Below, piece by piece: positions 29,001-39,775 of a stretch of 64,000 bases of DNA. Positions within the stretch are counted from its first letter, which is position 1. Every line of letters starts with the position of its first letter. Source of the DNA: Planctomycetota bacterium (GTDB lineage Bacteria > Planctomycetota > UBA8108 > UBA1146); assembly GCA_036338595.1 (NCBI GenBank), contig JAYZBV010000071.1, forward strand, positions 1 to 64,000, written 5' to 3'. The notes under the pieces are model-generated. The model ran no database searches. It was not told the origin of the DNA and was given only the letters and a program-made list of their open reading frames with translations. Made by a program: the position numbers and the translations under genes.

Positions 29001-30383
29001 AGGGTCCTGGCTACGGGAATCCTCGGCCAGGGTCTGACCCAGTTCCTTCTGCAGATTCCTGGCAACCTCGGGACGGATCGATGATCGGATGCCTTGCATG
29101 TGGATTTCATGGCAGATGAGATACCGGATGGCACCGCGGACTTCATGGCGATCGACAAACCCGCGATCGATCAGCAACTCCAATGCCTCGGAGAGTCGCT
29201 CCTCGGATACCTGGCAGGATCGCACCAGCATCGCCGCCTGAATCGGCCTGCGTAACATTGCCAGGTGCTCCAGCACTCGACGCTCGAGCGGTGGCAACGA
29301 TGCAACCCTGCGGTCGACGAGGACCAGTGGAAGCTCTGCCCCTCTGGAACTGGCCAGCAATGCCTCGACACTCTCTGCCTCGAGCGGAGAGGCCACTCCA
29401 CCTTCCTGAAGTAACCGACACATCTCCAGCACCAGGAGTGGGTTTCCATCACAAGCCTCGGCCATCATCTCGGCGAGTCGAGCATCCGGTTCCCTGCCGA
29501 GTTGCTCGCAGACCAATCCACTGACTTCTTCCACCGAAAGGGCTGGCAGTTCCACGGTTCGGCAAAACGGCTGCCCGGACAGTGCCTCCAGCTCCTCCGG
29601 AGCCGCATCGCTGCAGTGGTCTCCGATCACCAGCAACCGACCTCGAGCGTGCGACGGGGGCGGCTGGATGCCCTCCTGATTCTCGACCAGGGAACTGGCA
29701 AATTCCCCCGATCGACCCTCTCGAGCACGGATCTGTTTCCAGTCTCGAGAGCCACTCTTCGAATCGTCGCTCTCCGGACCCTGGACCGTCTCTCTGGAGA
29801 GGGCTGAATTCCGTGCCAGGTATTCGATGAACTCGATCGTGCCCGGATCACTGCGGTGAAGATCATGGAGGACCAGCACCAATGTGCGCTCGCTGGCCAG
29901 TTCCCAGAGGATTCCCGTCAGCGCCTGATGAAACTGGATCCGTCCACTCCAACCCGACAGTGGCTCGCGCTGCTGGCCTCGCTCCACCTCCGACTGGAGT
30001 TCAGGGAAGACGCGAACCAGCACATGCGCATAGCGGCGCCACAGGCCACGTGTTTCGCCATGCTCGACGATGAGATCCTTGACCAGGCGAAGGATGGGCA
30101 GGAACGGGATTCCCTGACGCTCGTGGCAATGAACCCGACAACTGAGGATGGAGCCGACATCGTCCGGGGGGTCCGCCAGCACCTCTTCGATGAGGCGCGT
30201 CTTGCCGCCACCGCTGACGCCGCTGACGAGTGCCAGTGTGCACATCGCAGCACCATTTTGGTCGCCTGGATCTGGATCGCTGCCATGGTGAATCCAGGAG
30301 CGGAGGGCGTTCAAGGATCGCTGGCGCGGTGCCTGCTGAAGATCATCGTGACCCGTCTCGGCCACCGGAGTCTCTCCGTCCAT
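26046..30383 (-). CDS. STAND-type (AAA_16/MalT-like) ATPase - TPR - GAF - degenerate GGDEF-like - Fis-type HTH regulator
   Basis: Walker A GVSGGGKT (aa 55-62), Walker B LVLVLHDLH, GNPLLVLE motif, many TPRs, GAF (SLLAIPF..LVLER..PFQDRD), C-terminal ERRYIIAELFRSGGNITRAAEALGIHRPQLSNLLKRH; GAGGAG SD 7 nt upstream. Confidence 0.85.
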   Translation of the reverse strand: MDGETPVAETGHDDLQQAPRQRSLNALRSWIHHGSDPDPGDQNGAAMCTLALVSGVSGGGKTRLIEEVLADPPDDVGSILSCRVHCHERQGIPFLPILRLVKDLIVEHGETRGLWRRYAHVLVRVFPELQSEVERGQQREPLSGWSGRIQFHQALTGILWELASERTLVLVLHDLHRSDPGTIEFIEYLARNSALSRETVQGPESDDSKSGSRDWKQIRAREGRSGEFASSLVENQEGIQPPPSHARGRLLVIGDHCSDAAPEELEALSGQPFCRTVELPALSVEEVSGLVCEQLGREPDARLAEMMAEACDGNPLLVLEMCRLLQEGGVASPLEAESVEALLASSRGAELPLVLVDRRVASLPPLERRVLEHLAMLRRPIQAAMLVRSCQVSEERLSEALELLIDRGFVDRHEVRGAIRYLICHEIHMQGIRSSIRPEVARNLQKELGQTLAEDSRSQDPVRAFEVHELLAAGDEPMLAIPYGLIAMRYFAGAYAEPLAIRIGRRMLDFVGADGDAEVRSEILGQLARLEVETGQPESGKLHIKMLLEDPATDAADRIDARLFLGEIYLLMQEPLKGIRALNRVSSTDLEQVDPLAPARLTSLRAQLRLQRRDIKRAMSLCLRAQKELAGLEQQAGADQLSSRILETLAETHLARGDSAAALNSYQTLLERVERSQDPVALGSVLRTIGRVYYDRGKHFRAARYLFRALEVVDSSQDVRALAATYELLGKVYRNSGDFSRSLEHFRRCLTLRERIGDSHQISPTLNSIGSLHAHSGDYGRAIRFFKRSISNSEKFGNTEGIVRSFLHLGWAWFALGERKQVENLARQILILTQEFELPRYQAEGHRLQGNLALLRGDWKSADRELKKSFDLAQKQGLDRVAAASLFDRAQLGTEREAFEEALKFVSRGLLIAESLQSVPLIVRGLLVKGAISRQRNEDGQQKSLEYYKKALQMISADSLLPLQWQINYAIARVEQGSHDFQGARVNYDRAAAIIERISTRLPEDMRVVYLDDRRRKNFFADLQRFRRESDYPPPAVTGSGPYSVPDADPETGTRSGGSLDQDRLAAVAGAISELGKRDELRSFLEGLLEQCRRLVPSPRGFIAARRRRRWQSLADIDMGLAEDWLPPSQVLGALAQECIERSMPMRSGSQTWDEWISTHTQGDSVRGRSLLAIPFSAQGMLSAALVLERPTAGNPFQDRDVEEVERLLSMAQGQLVALSKNAQMLEYQQSEIGSLAAFDADIDYFLSRHHREKEPLGFLEVSLPGFDILLREREDENIVNRLLQILQPISGVYYTGGDHLVCVMIGPGEDDLRKKSRDLQHALHDLREEFGLPVEVPVSVLPHWYSVGSVEITELTSGRVDLFRSSQKPDLDQEVARLTSGELTLKEAKAALERRYIIAELFRSGGNITRAAEALGIHRPQLSNLLKRHEIRKEDFEADRDKSD

Positions 30384-30389
30384 CTCATC

Positions 30390-30610
30390 TCTCCTCGCCC
30401 CATGGCAGGGGTCGCCATCGCCCGAATGACCGTAATGATTCCAGACGGATAGGCTATCTCCGGCGGGCTCAGCCGTAAAGATTGTGGACGGTGAATTTCG
30501 TGACTTTGAGGCCTCTATATCTCCTCGCCGTCCCTACTCGGCGAGGAGAAGCTTGGGTCTGAATGTCACTAGGACTGGGTGAAACCTGCCCAGGAAGTGT
30601 GTAGGGACGG
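30390..30610 (-). promoter_or_regulatory. Candidate 5'-leader RNA switch (SD / anti-SD hairpin / competing strand)
   Basis: 11-bp hairpin 30520-30549; its arm 30540-30549 is also complementary to the SD region 30390-30399; 30601-30610 is complementary to 30528-30537. Confidence 0.45.
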
Positions 30611-31300
30611 ACAGGCCGATTTGTTCCAGTGGTTGTGTGCTGTGTCAGCGGCGTGCAGATCGATACGAGATGGGTGAGTCAAATAGGGGAGCGTGCCAGA
30701 TCCTGATCGGGAGAGGTGCCCACTGGCACGAGGGTACGACACCACGGCGAGCGCCACGGGCCGTTTGCCGACCCGGTAACTCGCTCTCTGCAGTGCTTCG
30801 CCAGGGCATCCTTGCGGACCGCCACACACCTGGCTCCCTCGCAACCTGCCCCTGTAAATACACGGACAGGCGCGAACACTTCCGGAGCAACGGCTCCCGA
30901 TCTGTGATCATTCTGCCTGGATCCCGAGCCGTCGATTTCCGATCCCATCCGGAAAATCGAGCGTCGGGCACCTGCTTCCCCACAACTGACCGGACTCCGC
31001 CGTTTCCCCCGTCCCGATCTGGCTGCACTGGCGGAGCCACCGGACTTCCCCCCGAATCTCGATCCAGACCGGATCGAGAAGTGACAGAAAACTCGACACG
31101 AATCGACAGATTTCGGTGGCATGATCTCGCCAGGCGAGTGAAGAGGTGAGCGGGCGAGCACACTCCCGGGAGTCGCAGCAATACCGGATCGACCTCGGCT
31201 CGTCGCTCTCCCTCGACCCAGGCGTGGCATCTCGTGCCCGGCACCCGGGTTTGGCAGGAATATGGGGGGACACCCGCATCAGGTCAAGTGGGCGATTGTC

Positions 31301-31339
31301 AAAAGAACCGGGGCCGACGGGTATGCCCATCGGCCCCGG
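31301..31339 (-). terminator. Intrinsic terminator of the Arg-rich protein gene
   Basis: Minus strand CCGGGGCCGATGGG-CATA-CCCGTCGGCCCCGG-TTCTTTT (14 bp, G-U only in this orientation), about 20 nt after the stop. Confidence 0.85.
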
Positions 31340-31358
31340 GGGGCAAGGGGGGGAAGGC

Positions 31359-31829
31359 TCAGTGGAAGGAAGCCGTTGTGAAGCTCCCGCATGCGGGCTT
31401 CTGCAAGATCCAGGCTCCTGCGACATGGACCCTGCGAGGTACTTTTCGCATGCGGCCAGGAACACGGATGCGCTCCCGAAACGCTCGTCTCACAGGTACT
31501 CCACATCTGAAGACAGTCCTGTAGCGGGTCACGGTCCGGAAACGGTCAGGACCACGCACCTTGCAGAACTGGATCCTCGTCGTTGCCGGTCTCCACACCT
31601 GGGTCATTCCACTAAAGAATTTCCTCACGCACCCACCGTTGCGGATGGAGTACTGGACTCCCGGAAGGACATCGTGCTGATGCGAGTGCAGTGTGCATGA
31701 AGATGATGCGACCTGCTGATTTCTGGGCAGGCATCGTTGCCTCAGCGACGAGCGAGGTTCGATCGTGGCGGCGGAGGCCACCATCGGAGAAGACACCAGA
31801 ACAAGAAGCACCAGGGCTCGGATCGACAT
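31359..31829 (-). CDS. Secreted Arg-rich protein with a predicted long beta-hairpin
   Basis: AAGGAG SD, signal peptide ..MVASA-A, own terminator; 24 Arg, 4 Lys, 4 acidic residues and 6 Cys in 156 aa. Confidence 0.72.
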   Translation of the reverse strand: MSIRALVLLVLVSSPMVASAATIEPRSSLRQRCLPRNQQVASSSCTLHSHQHDVLPGVQYSIRNGGCVRKFFSGMTQVWRPATTRIQFCKVRGPDRFRTVTRYRTVFRCGVPVRRAFRERIRVPGRMRKVPRRVHVAGAWILQKPACGSFTTASFH

Positions 31830-31911
31830 GACCGACTCCTTTCTCTTGAGTTTCAGGAAGCGTCGTTGCTTCCTATTGGCTCTCGAGAGGGATGACGATG
31901 GCGATCAGAGG

Positions 31912-33663
31912 TTATTCAATGGTTTTCATCGAATCGGGAGGAGCGGGCGGTCCCAGCAGCAGGTGGGATCGTCCTTCCTCAACAAATCGACCCGCCTCTC
32001 GCCACTCCCTGTGGGGCGAGGTCAAGCGTTGCGAGTCCGCTCTCCGGATCCACTCCTTGCCCCTGGACGGATCGCCCAGACGCGACCACAGCGATCCGAT
32101 GCGCAGTGCCAATGCTGCAGAGGAGAAGCGTGTCGTCGCTTCCTCGAGCACCCTGTGCGCCTCTCCATCGCGTCCCTCGCTGTGAGCGATCTCTGCGGAG
32201 AGCCAATCGATCCAGCCATCGAACGGGCGAATCCTACGCGACCGGGCGAGCGATGCGGATGCAGAGAGCACATCTCCACTGCGCAGAGAAGCGAGGGAGT
32301 GATGAAACCATGCATCTGCATCGGAGGGATCCTTCTGCGTGATCTTGTCGAAGGTCTCCGCCGCAGAAGTGAAACGAAACAGGTACATCTGGGCAGCTGC
32401 GATGCTCCACAGATCAAACCGATCGATCGGTTCCAGATCCAGACCCACATCGATCTCCAGCAGCCCCGCTGGATCCCCCTGTTCAATCGCTGCAATCCCC
32501 AGCACGATCCATGGGCCCGGGCGTGCTGAATCGACCTGAATGGCATAGCGAGCAGCGATGCGGGCTGATCGAGGATCCCCCGCCCGCAGCGCAACCCAGG
32601 CCAACTGCCTCTGGACTGCAGCATCCTGGCGCAGCGTCATCGCTCTTTCGCCATGGAGATCGAGAAGAGTCTGCCCGAGCGAGTGGACAGGGGCATCCTC
32701 GGCATGAACTGGCAATGGCCTCGCCAACATCGCGGATGAGAGATCCTGTATCAGATCCGCCGTAGCAGGCCCCGCTGCCGTGGATCTGCCGAGCCATCCA
32801 GCGATGATCAGCAGTCCGATCCCCCCCACAACAGGGACCCAACGACGGCGAGGAGCTCCAACCTCTCCGGTGCTGTTTCTACGCGCCCGAGGACGAGCTC
32901 CATCACGCACCGCATCGAGCATGCTTGCAAATCCACGCAAACTGGCAGGACGGGCCTCGCTGTCGAGAGAGAGAGAATCTTCGAGCAATCCGAGTAACCC
33001 GGGTAACTCTGAAATACTCTCGCCGACCGTTGAGCCATGAGATCTGGACAGCAATCGATCCGCGACCTCTGCAGCCGATCGTCCCGACCAGGGGGGACGG
33101 CCGATGGCACACTCATGAATCAACACCGCCAGCGCGTAAACGATCTGGCATTCACTGGCAGCGACAGGCTCCTTCGAGAGAAGGATCTCGGGAGCGATTC
33201 GACACGCCAACTCATCGAGTCGATCATCGACATCGAGCGCGAGCCGGTCGATCCTGAGCCGCAAGTGGCCATCTGATCCCAGCACTACTGATTCCGGAGG
33301 GAGTGCCTGAAGGGGAACACCCTCATCATTCAGAGTTGCCAGCATCCTTGCGAGATCCGCAAACTGACCGACGAGTGCTCTCAGGCCTCCCGACAGGATC
33401 ACCTTCCAGTTCCGTGATGGGGAGGATCTGGCTCTATCGATGCAATGATCAAGGGTGGTTCCGGAATAGCTCTCGCTCGTTCCGGACCGATGAGGATCGA
33501 TCAGCATTTGTCTCGGGAGTCGCATCTCTTCGGGGCTTCGCAGCAGCAGCGATTCGAGTATCAACTGCCGATGATCTCGATCGCATGCGCCAGCCTCTGC
33601 ATCCCCAGAGGTCGCTCGCCTCGAATCGAAGTCCTCCCGTGGCCGCTCGATCATGCCGCCCAT
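31912..33663 (-). CDS. Ser/Thr kinase-like pseudokinase - TM - TPR protein
   Basis: Kinase C-lobe landmarks (IAPEIL, VYALAVLIHECAIGRPPW, ARPAS) without HRD/DFG; TM WVPVVGGIGLLIIAGWL; C-terminal TPRs. Start uncertain. Confidence 0.7.
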   Translation of the reverse strand: MGGMIERPREDFDSRRATSGDAEAGACDRDHRQLILESLLLRSPEEMRLPRQMLIDPHRSGTSESYSGTTLDHCIDRARSSPSRNWKVILSGGLRALVGQFADLARMLATLNDEGVPLQALPPESVVLGSDGHLRLRIDRLALDVDDRLDELACRIAPEILLSKEPVAASECQIVYALAVLIHECAIGRPPWSGRSAAEVADRLLSRSHGSTVGESISELPGLLGLLEDSLSLDSEARPASLRGFASMLDAVRDGARPRARRNSTGEVGAPRRRWVPVVGGIGLLIIAGWLGRSTAAGPATADLIQDLSSAMLARPLPVHAEDAPVHSLGQTLLDLHGERAMTLRQDAAVQRQLAWVALRAGDPRSARIAARYAIQVDSARPGPWIVLGIAAIEQGDPAGLLEIDVGLDLEPIDRFDLWSIAAAQMYLFRFTSAAETFDKITQKDPSDADAWFHHSLASLRSGDVLSASASLARSRRIRPFDGWIDWLSAEIAHSEGRDGEAHRVLEEATTRFSSAALALRIGSLWSRLGDPSRGKEWIRRADSQRLTSPHREWREAGRFVEEGRSHLLLGPPAPPDSMKTIE

Positions 33664-33742
33664 CCCCCCGGGCGATGCTGCCCCCCCTCCAACGAAGGTG
33701 CAACCCGCCAGGGCTGAACATCACAGGCGGAAGGGAACTGCT

Positions 33743-35809
<2,067 letters not shown>

Positions 35810-35909
35810 TTGATCTCCTTGGCAAATGAGTGGTCAGAACACCTCCTGCTGGCGGGGCTCCAACTCCATCAACGGGCAACGAATCCGCCGGGTTCCCCCG
35901 GTATCGCCA

Positions 35910-38072
35910 CTAATACAATGCCAGATTACGGGCCGCATGTGCCACATTCTCTGGCTGTGGCAGTATCTTTTCCTCGAGTTGTGGGGCATAGGCAACAAAG
36001 CAGTCCATCGCCCCGATACGGCGCACAGGGGCGTCCAGGTGGTCAAATAGCTCATCCTGGACCCTGGCAGCGATTTCGGCGCCGTATCCCCAGGAAAGAG
36101 ATTCCTCATGAACGATCAGCAACCTGTGAGTCCTCATCACGGCCTCCCTGATCGCGTCCCAATCGTAAGGAGCCAGGGTCCTGAGATCGATGATCTCCGC
36201 CTCGATGCCCTCCTGCGCCAGCGTCTTTGCAGCGGTGACGCATCGATGCACCAGCGCACCATAAGTGAGAATCGTCAGGCGATCCCCCTCACGCACACGA
36301 GCGGCCTTCCCGAATGGAATCATGAAGTCCGGTCCAGGATTGACCCCCTTGTTGTGGGTCTGTCGATAGAGGTGCTTGTGCTCGAGGAAGATGACCGGGT
36401 CATCGCACCGAATCGCCGTGCGAAGCAATCCGTTGGCATCCGTGGCATTACTCGGCATCACGACACGCAATCCGGGTATGTGGGTGAACATCGTCTCAGC
36501 GGATTGGCTGTGATAGATCGCCCCTCCACGAAGATAGCCGCCACTGGCGACCCGGATGACGACGGGACACTTATCGATCCCTGCTGAACGCCATCGAAGC
36601 AGTGCAAGCTCCGACCTTATCTGGTGAAAAGCGGGCCATATGTAATCGAGGAACTGGATCTCCACCACCGGCTTCAGCCCTCTGACTGCCATTCCGATGG
36701 CGCGTCCGACGATATTCGCCTCTGCAAGGGGAGAATTGTAGACCCGATCACTTCCGAACTCCCTCTGCAATCCTGCGGTAGCCTTGAAGACTCCGCCTTT
36801 CCCCTTCACTTCGGCGAGAACTTCAGCGCGACTCGCATCCGCAACATCCTCGCCAAACAGATGGACTCTCGGATCGCGACGCATCTCATCTCGCAGTGCT
36901 GTGTTGATCAGGTCGATCATCGTGGTGGGTTGAGCCGCCTCTACCTCGGCAGGGAGAGTCTCGAAATCTGAGCAGGTAGGATCGATCTCCTCCGAATAGA
37001 GGTGATCGAGAATCGTATCGGGGTTCGGTTGAGACGTCGCCACGGCCTCATCGGAGGCGTTTCGAACCTGTGTGCGAACCTCGCTGCGAATCTGTTCGAG
37101 AACCTCCTCGGTCGCCACGCCTTGATCCTTGAGAAATTGTGGGAAGGTGGTGAGGGGATCCCTGAGAGCATCTGCTTCTCGCTCCTGAGCAGAGCGATAG
37201 GAACTCTCGTCATCGGAGAGGCTATGACTGTAGGGCCTCACAACATGGGCATGGACAAGGGCTGGGCCGTTTCCATTTCGCATGTCCGAGACGACATCCT
37301 TCAGCAGCGAATAACACTCAACAGGATCACAACCATCCACCTCGTGGACATCTAGACCCGGGAATCCCAGCACCAGTTTCGAGATGGATCCTCCCGGCGT
37401 GTTGACCTCGACCGGGACGCTGATGGCATATCCGTTGTCCTCGACCACGAACAACACGGGAAGATCTAGAGTGCAAGCAGTGCTCAGGGCTTCCCAGAAT
37501 TCGCCCTCACTCGTGGTTCCATCTCCAACTGAAACAAATGCAATTTCTCCGTCTGACCAGTTTCGAATCGATGACTGCAGCGGCTCACTGCGAGCACCTT
37601 TCATCCATGCTTCTGCACAACCGACTGCATGAAGACATTGACTGCCAGTGCAGGAGGACTGATTGACTACCTGCAACCGTTCACTGCCCCAGTGAGATGG
37701 CATCTGACGTCCTGCGCCTGCAGGTTCATCACTGGCAGCAGTCGCCGTCTTCAGCATCTCCACGGGACTCAGGCCGAGTTGCAACATCAAGGCTCTATCC
37801 CTGTAGTAGGGAAAGAACCAATCCTTGCCCCCTTCGAGAACCATCCCGAGCGCAGTATTCACCGCTTCATGTCCGCAACCGTTGATCTGGAAATAGATCT
37901 GCCCCTTGCCCTTGAGGCGGATCTCCTCGTCATCGATCTCTCGACTGAGAAACATGTTCCGATACAGCGCCAGCAACTCGCTGCGATCGAGTCCGCCGAT
38001 GCGGATCTGCTCGCTTCTATCCTTGCGAGGCCGTCCTCTTCGGTTGGCTGGCTGCTGGCTCTGGGTCGACAT
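35910..38072 (-). CDS. 2-oxoacid dehydrogenase E1, fused alpha/beta subunits
   Basis: TPP motif [13 protein letters not shown] and SHSLSDD in the alpha half; [24 protein letters not shown] in the beta half. Confidence 0.94.
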   Translation of the reverse strand: MSTQSQQPANRRGRPRKDRSEQIRIGGLDRSELLALYRNMFLSREIDDEEIRLKGKGQIYFQINGCGHEAVNTALGMVLEGGKDWFFPYYRDRALMLQLGLSPVEMLKTATAASDEPAGAGRQMPSHWGSERLQVVNQSSCTGSQCLHAVGCAEAWMKGARSEPLQSSIRNWSDGEIAFVSVGDGTTSEGEFWEALSTACTLDLPVLFVVEDNGYAISVPVEVNTPGGSISKLVLGFPGLDVHEVDGCDPVECYSLLKDVVSDMRNGNGPALVHAHVVRPYSHSLSDDESSYRSAQEREADALRDPLTTFPQFLKDQGVATEEVLEQIRSEVRTQVRNASDEAVATSQPNPDTILDHLYSEEIDPTCSDFETLPAEVEAAQPTTMIDLINTALRDEMRRDPRVHLFGEDVADASRAEVLAEVKGKGGVFKATAGLQREFGSDRVYNSPLAEANIVGRAIGMAVRGLKPVVEIQFLDYIWPAFHQIRSELALLRWRSAGIDKCPVVIRVASGGYLRGGAIYHSQSAETMFTHIPGLRVVMPSNATDANGLLRTAIRCDDPVIFLEHKHLYRQTHNKGVNPGPDFMIPFGKAARVREGDRLTILTYGALVHRCVTAAKTLAQEGIEAEIIDLRTLAPYDWDAIREAVMRTHRLLIVHEESLSWGYGAEIAARVQDELFDHLDAPVRRIGAMDCFVAYAPQLEEKILPQPENVAHAARNLALY

Positions 38073-38348
38073 GCTGGTCCTGACCTGTGGAGGAACTCTT
38101 CCCGTAGGAGGAGTTCATGGGCTTCCGGGGCCGGGATAGGCCCCGATAGGAGGCATTCTAGGGGCGAGCGCTGTGCCATTCAACGCGACCCCTCGTTTCC
38201 CGCTTTGCTGGATGGCAAAGGGGTTCTCAGGGTATCGTCCCCTACATCTGCTTGCCGCTGTTGAACCGCTCAAGAAGCGCAAGCGGTGCTACGAGCGCCT
38301 CCTGTGGCCGCAGACGAAACATCACTTCTCGAGAAGGGAAATCGACAG

Positions 38349-39764
38349 ATGGTCGAGAAGATCGGCAATTTCGATGTGGCGATCATCGGGGGAGGCCCCG
38401 GAGGTTATGTCGCCGCCATCCGCGCAGGACAGCTCGGGCTCAATACCGTACTGGTCGAGAAGGATCCGATGCCGGGGGGAACCTGCTTGCACCGGGGCTG
38501 TATCCCGACCAAGGCTCTGCTTCAGAGCGCACATGTACTCGACACCGCCAGGGAGAGTTCCTACTTCGGAATTAATATTCCGGAAGCAGAGGTCGATGTC
38601 AGTGCGGTTCTTTCATTCCAGAAGCGCGTCGTGACCAAAAACGCCAAGGGAGTCCAGTACCTCCTGAAGAAAAATGGGATCACCACGGTGCACGGCACCG
38701 GACGACTCGATGGTCTCAACACCGTTCGAGTGGTCATCGATGAATCGACTGAGAAGGTGATCGAGGCCAAACACATCATCCTGGCGACCGGCTCTGTGCC
38801 GGCGAAGCCCGGTTTCCTGGACTTCTCAAGCCCATTCATCATCACCAGTGACGAAGCACTGCGACTCGATCATGTTCCGTCGAAGGTCGTTGTCCTCGGA
38901 GCAGGTGCAGTCGGTTCTGAATTTGCCTCGATTCTTTGTTCCTTCGGCAGCGAGGTAATTCTGGTCGAGATGCTCGACAGGCTGCTTCCCGTCGAGGACC
39001 ACGATTGCTCTGCAGAGTTACTGAAGGCGTTCAAGAAGCGAGGCATCGAGAGTCGTGTCTCGACAAGCCTGGAAACAGCCACTGCCACTGACTCCGGGGT
39101 CCGGATCGTCGTCAAGGCAGTTTCCGGTGAAGAAGAGACGATCGAGGCAGATCTGCTGCTCTGCGCAGTGGGCCGAAAGCCGGTGACCGACTCACTGAAA
39201 CTGGACCAGGTCGGGATCAAGGTCGATCGCGGCTTCATTCCCGTCCAACCAGATCAGCGCACATCACGCCCCAATATCTATGCCATCGGTGACATCGTAC
39301 TCGGCACACCTCAACTCGCTCATGTCGCCAGCGCGGAGGGAATCATCGCGGTGGAGAGCATTCATGGCCTCACACCCCAGCCGATCCGAAATGATCGTGT
39401 TCCCAACGCAACCTACTGCCACCCGGAAGTGGCGAGCGTTGGACTGACCGAGCATGCAGCTCGAGAAGCGGGCATCGAGATCAAGGTCTCCAGTTTTCCT
39501 CTCTCTGCACTCGGCAAGGCTGGGATCGTCGCCAGGGCTGTACCGGGTTTCTTCAAGATCGTCGCCGATGCTCGCTACGGAGAAATCCTCGGTGTACACA
39601 TCATCGGTCCCCACGCCACCGATCTGATCAGTGAGGGGTGTGCAATCCTTGGCCTCGAAGGCACCGCGGAAGATCTGGCTCATGTGATCCATCCCCATCC
39701 GACTCTCGGGGAAGGAATGATGGAAGCGGCTCACGGACTCGTTGGCGGCGCCATCCACATGTAG
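38349..39764 (+). CDS. lpdA: Dihydrolipoyl dehydrogenase (E3)
   Basis: GGGPGGY, GGTCLHRGCIPTK, GAGAVG, HPHPTLGE. Confidence 0.96.
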   Translation: MVEKIGNFDVAIIGGGPGGYVAAIRAGQLGLNTVLVEKDPMPGGTCLHRGCIPTKALLQSAHVLDTARESSYFGINIPEAEVDVSAVLSFQKRVVTKNAKGVQYLLKKNGITTVHGTGRLDGLNTVRVVIDESTEKVIEAKHIILATGSVPAKPGFLDFSSPFIITSDEALRLDHVPSKVVVLGAGAVGSEFASILCSFGSEVILVEMLDRLLPVEDHDCSAELLKAFKKRGIESRVSTSLETATATDSGVRIVVKAVSGEEETIEADLLLCAVGRKPVTDSLKLDQVGIKVDRGFIPVQPDQRTSRPNIYAIGDIVLGTPQLAHVASAEGIIAVESIHGLTPQPIRNDRVPNATYCHPEVASVGLTEHAAREAGIEIKVSSFPLSALGKAGIVARAVPGFFKIVADARYGEILGVHIIGPHATDLISEGCAILGLEGTAEDLAHVIHPHPTLGEGMMEAAHGLVGGAIHM

Positions 39765-39775
39765 GAAGGGCTCCA

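Noticed and set aside
26046..30383. Avs-type antiphage STAND defence system
   Set aside because: No nuclease, TIR, SIR2 or protease effector, and no defence-island context; GAF and Fis-HTH point to transcriptional signalling.
30630..31300. Protein-coding ORFs (30637+, 30645-, 30679-) and sigma54 promoters at TGGCAC/TGGCAT sites
   Set aside because: Translations are Arg/Ser/Pro-rich shadow-like sequence; none of the TGGCA sites I checked has GC at the required GG-N10-GC spacing.
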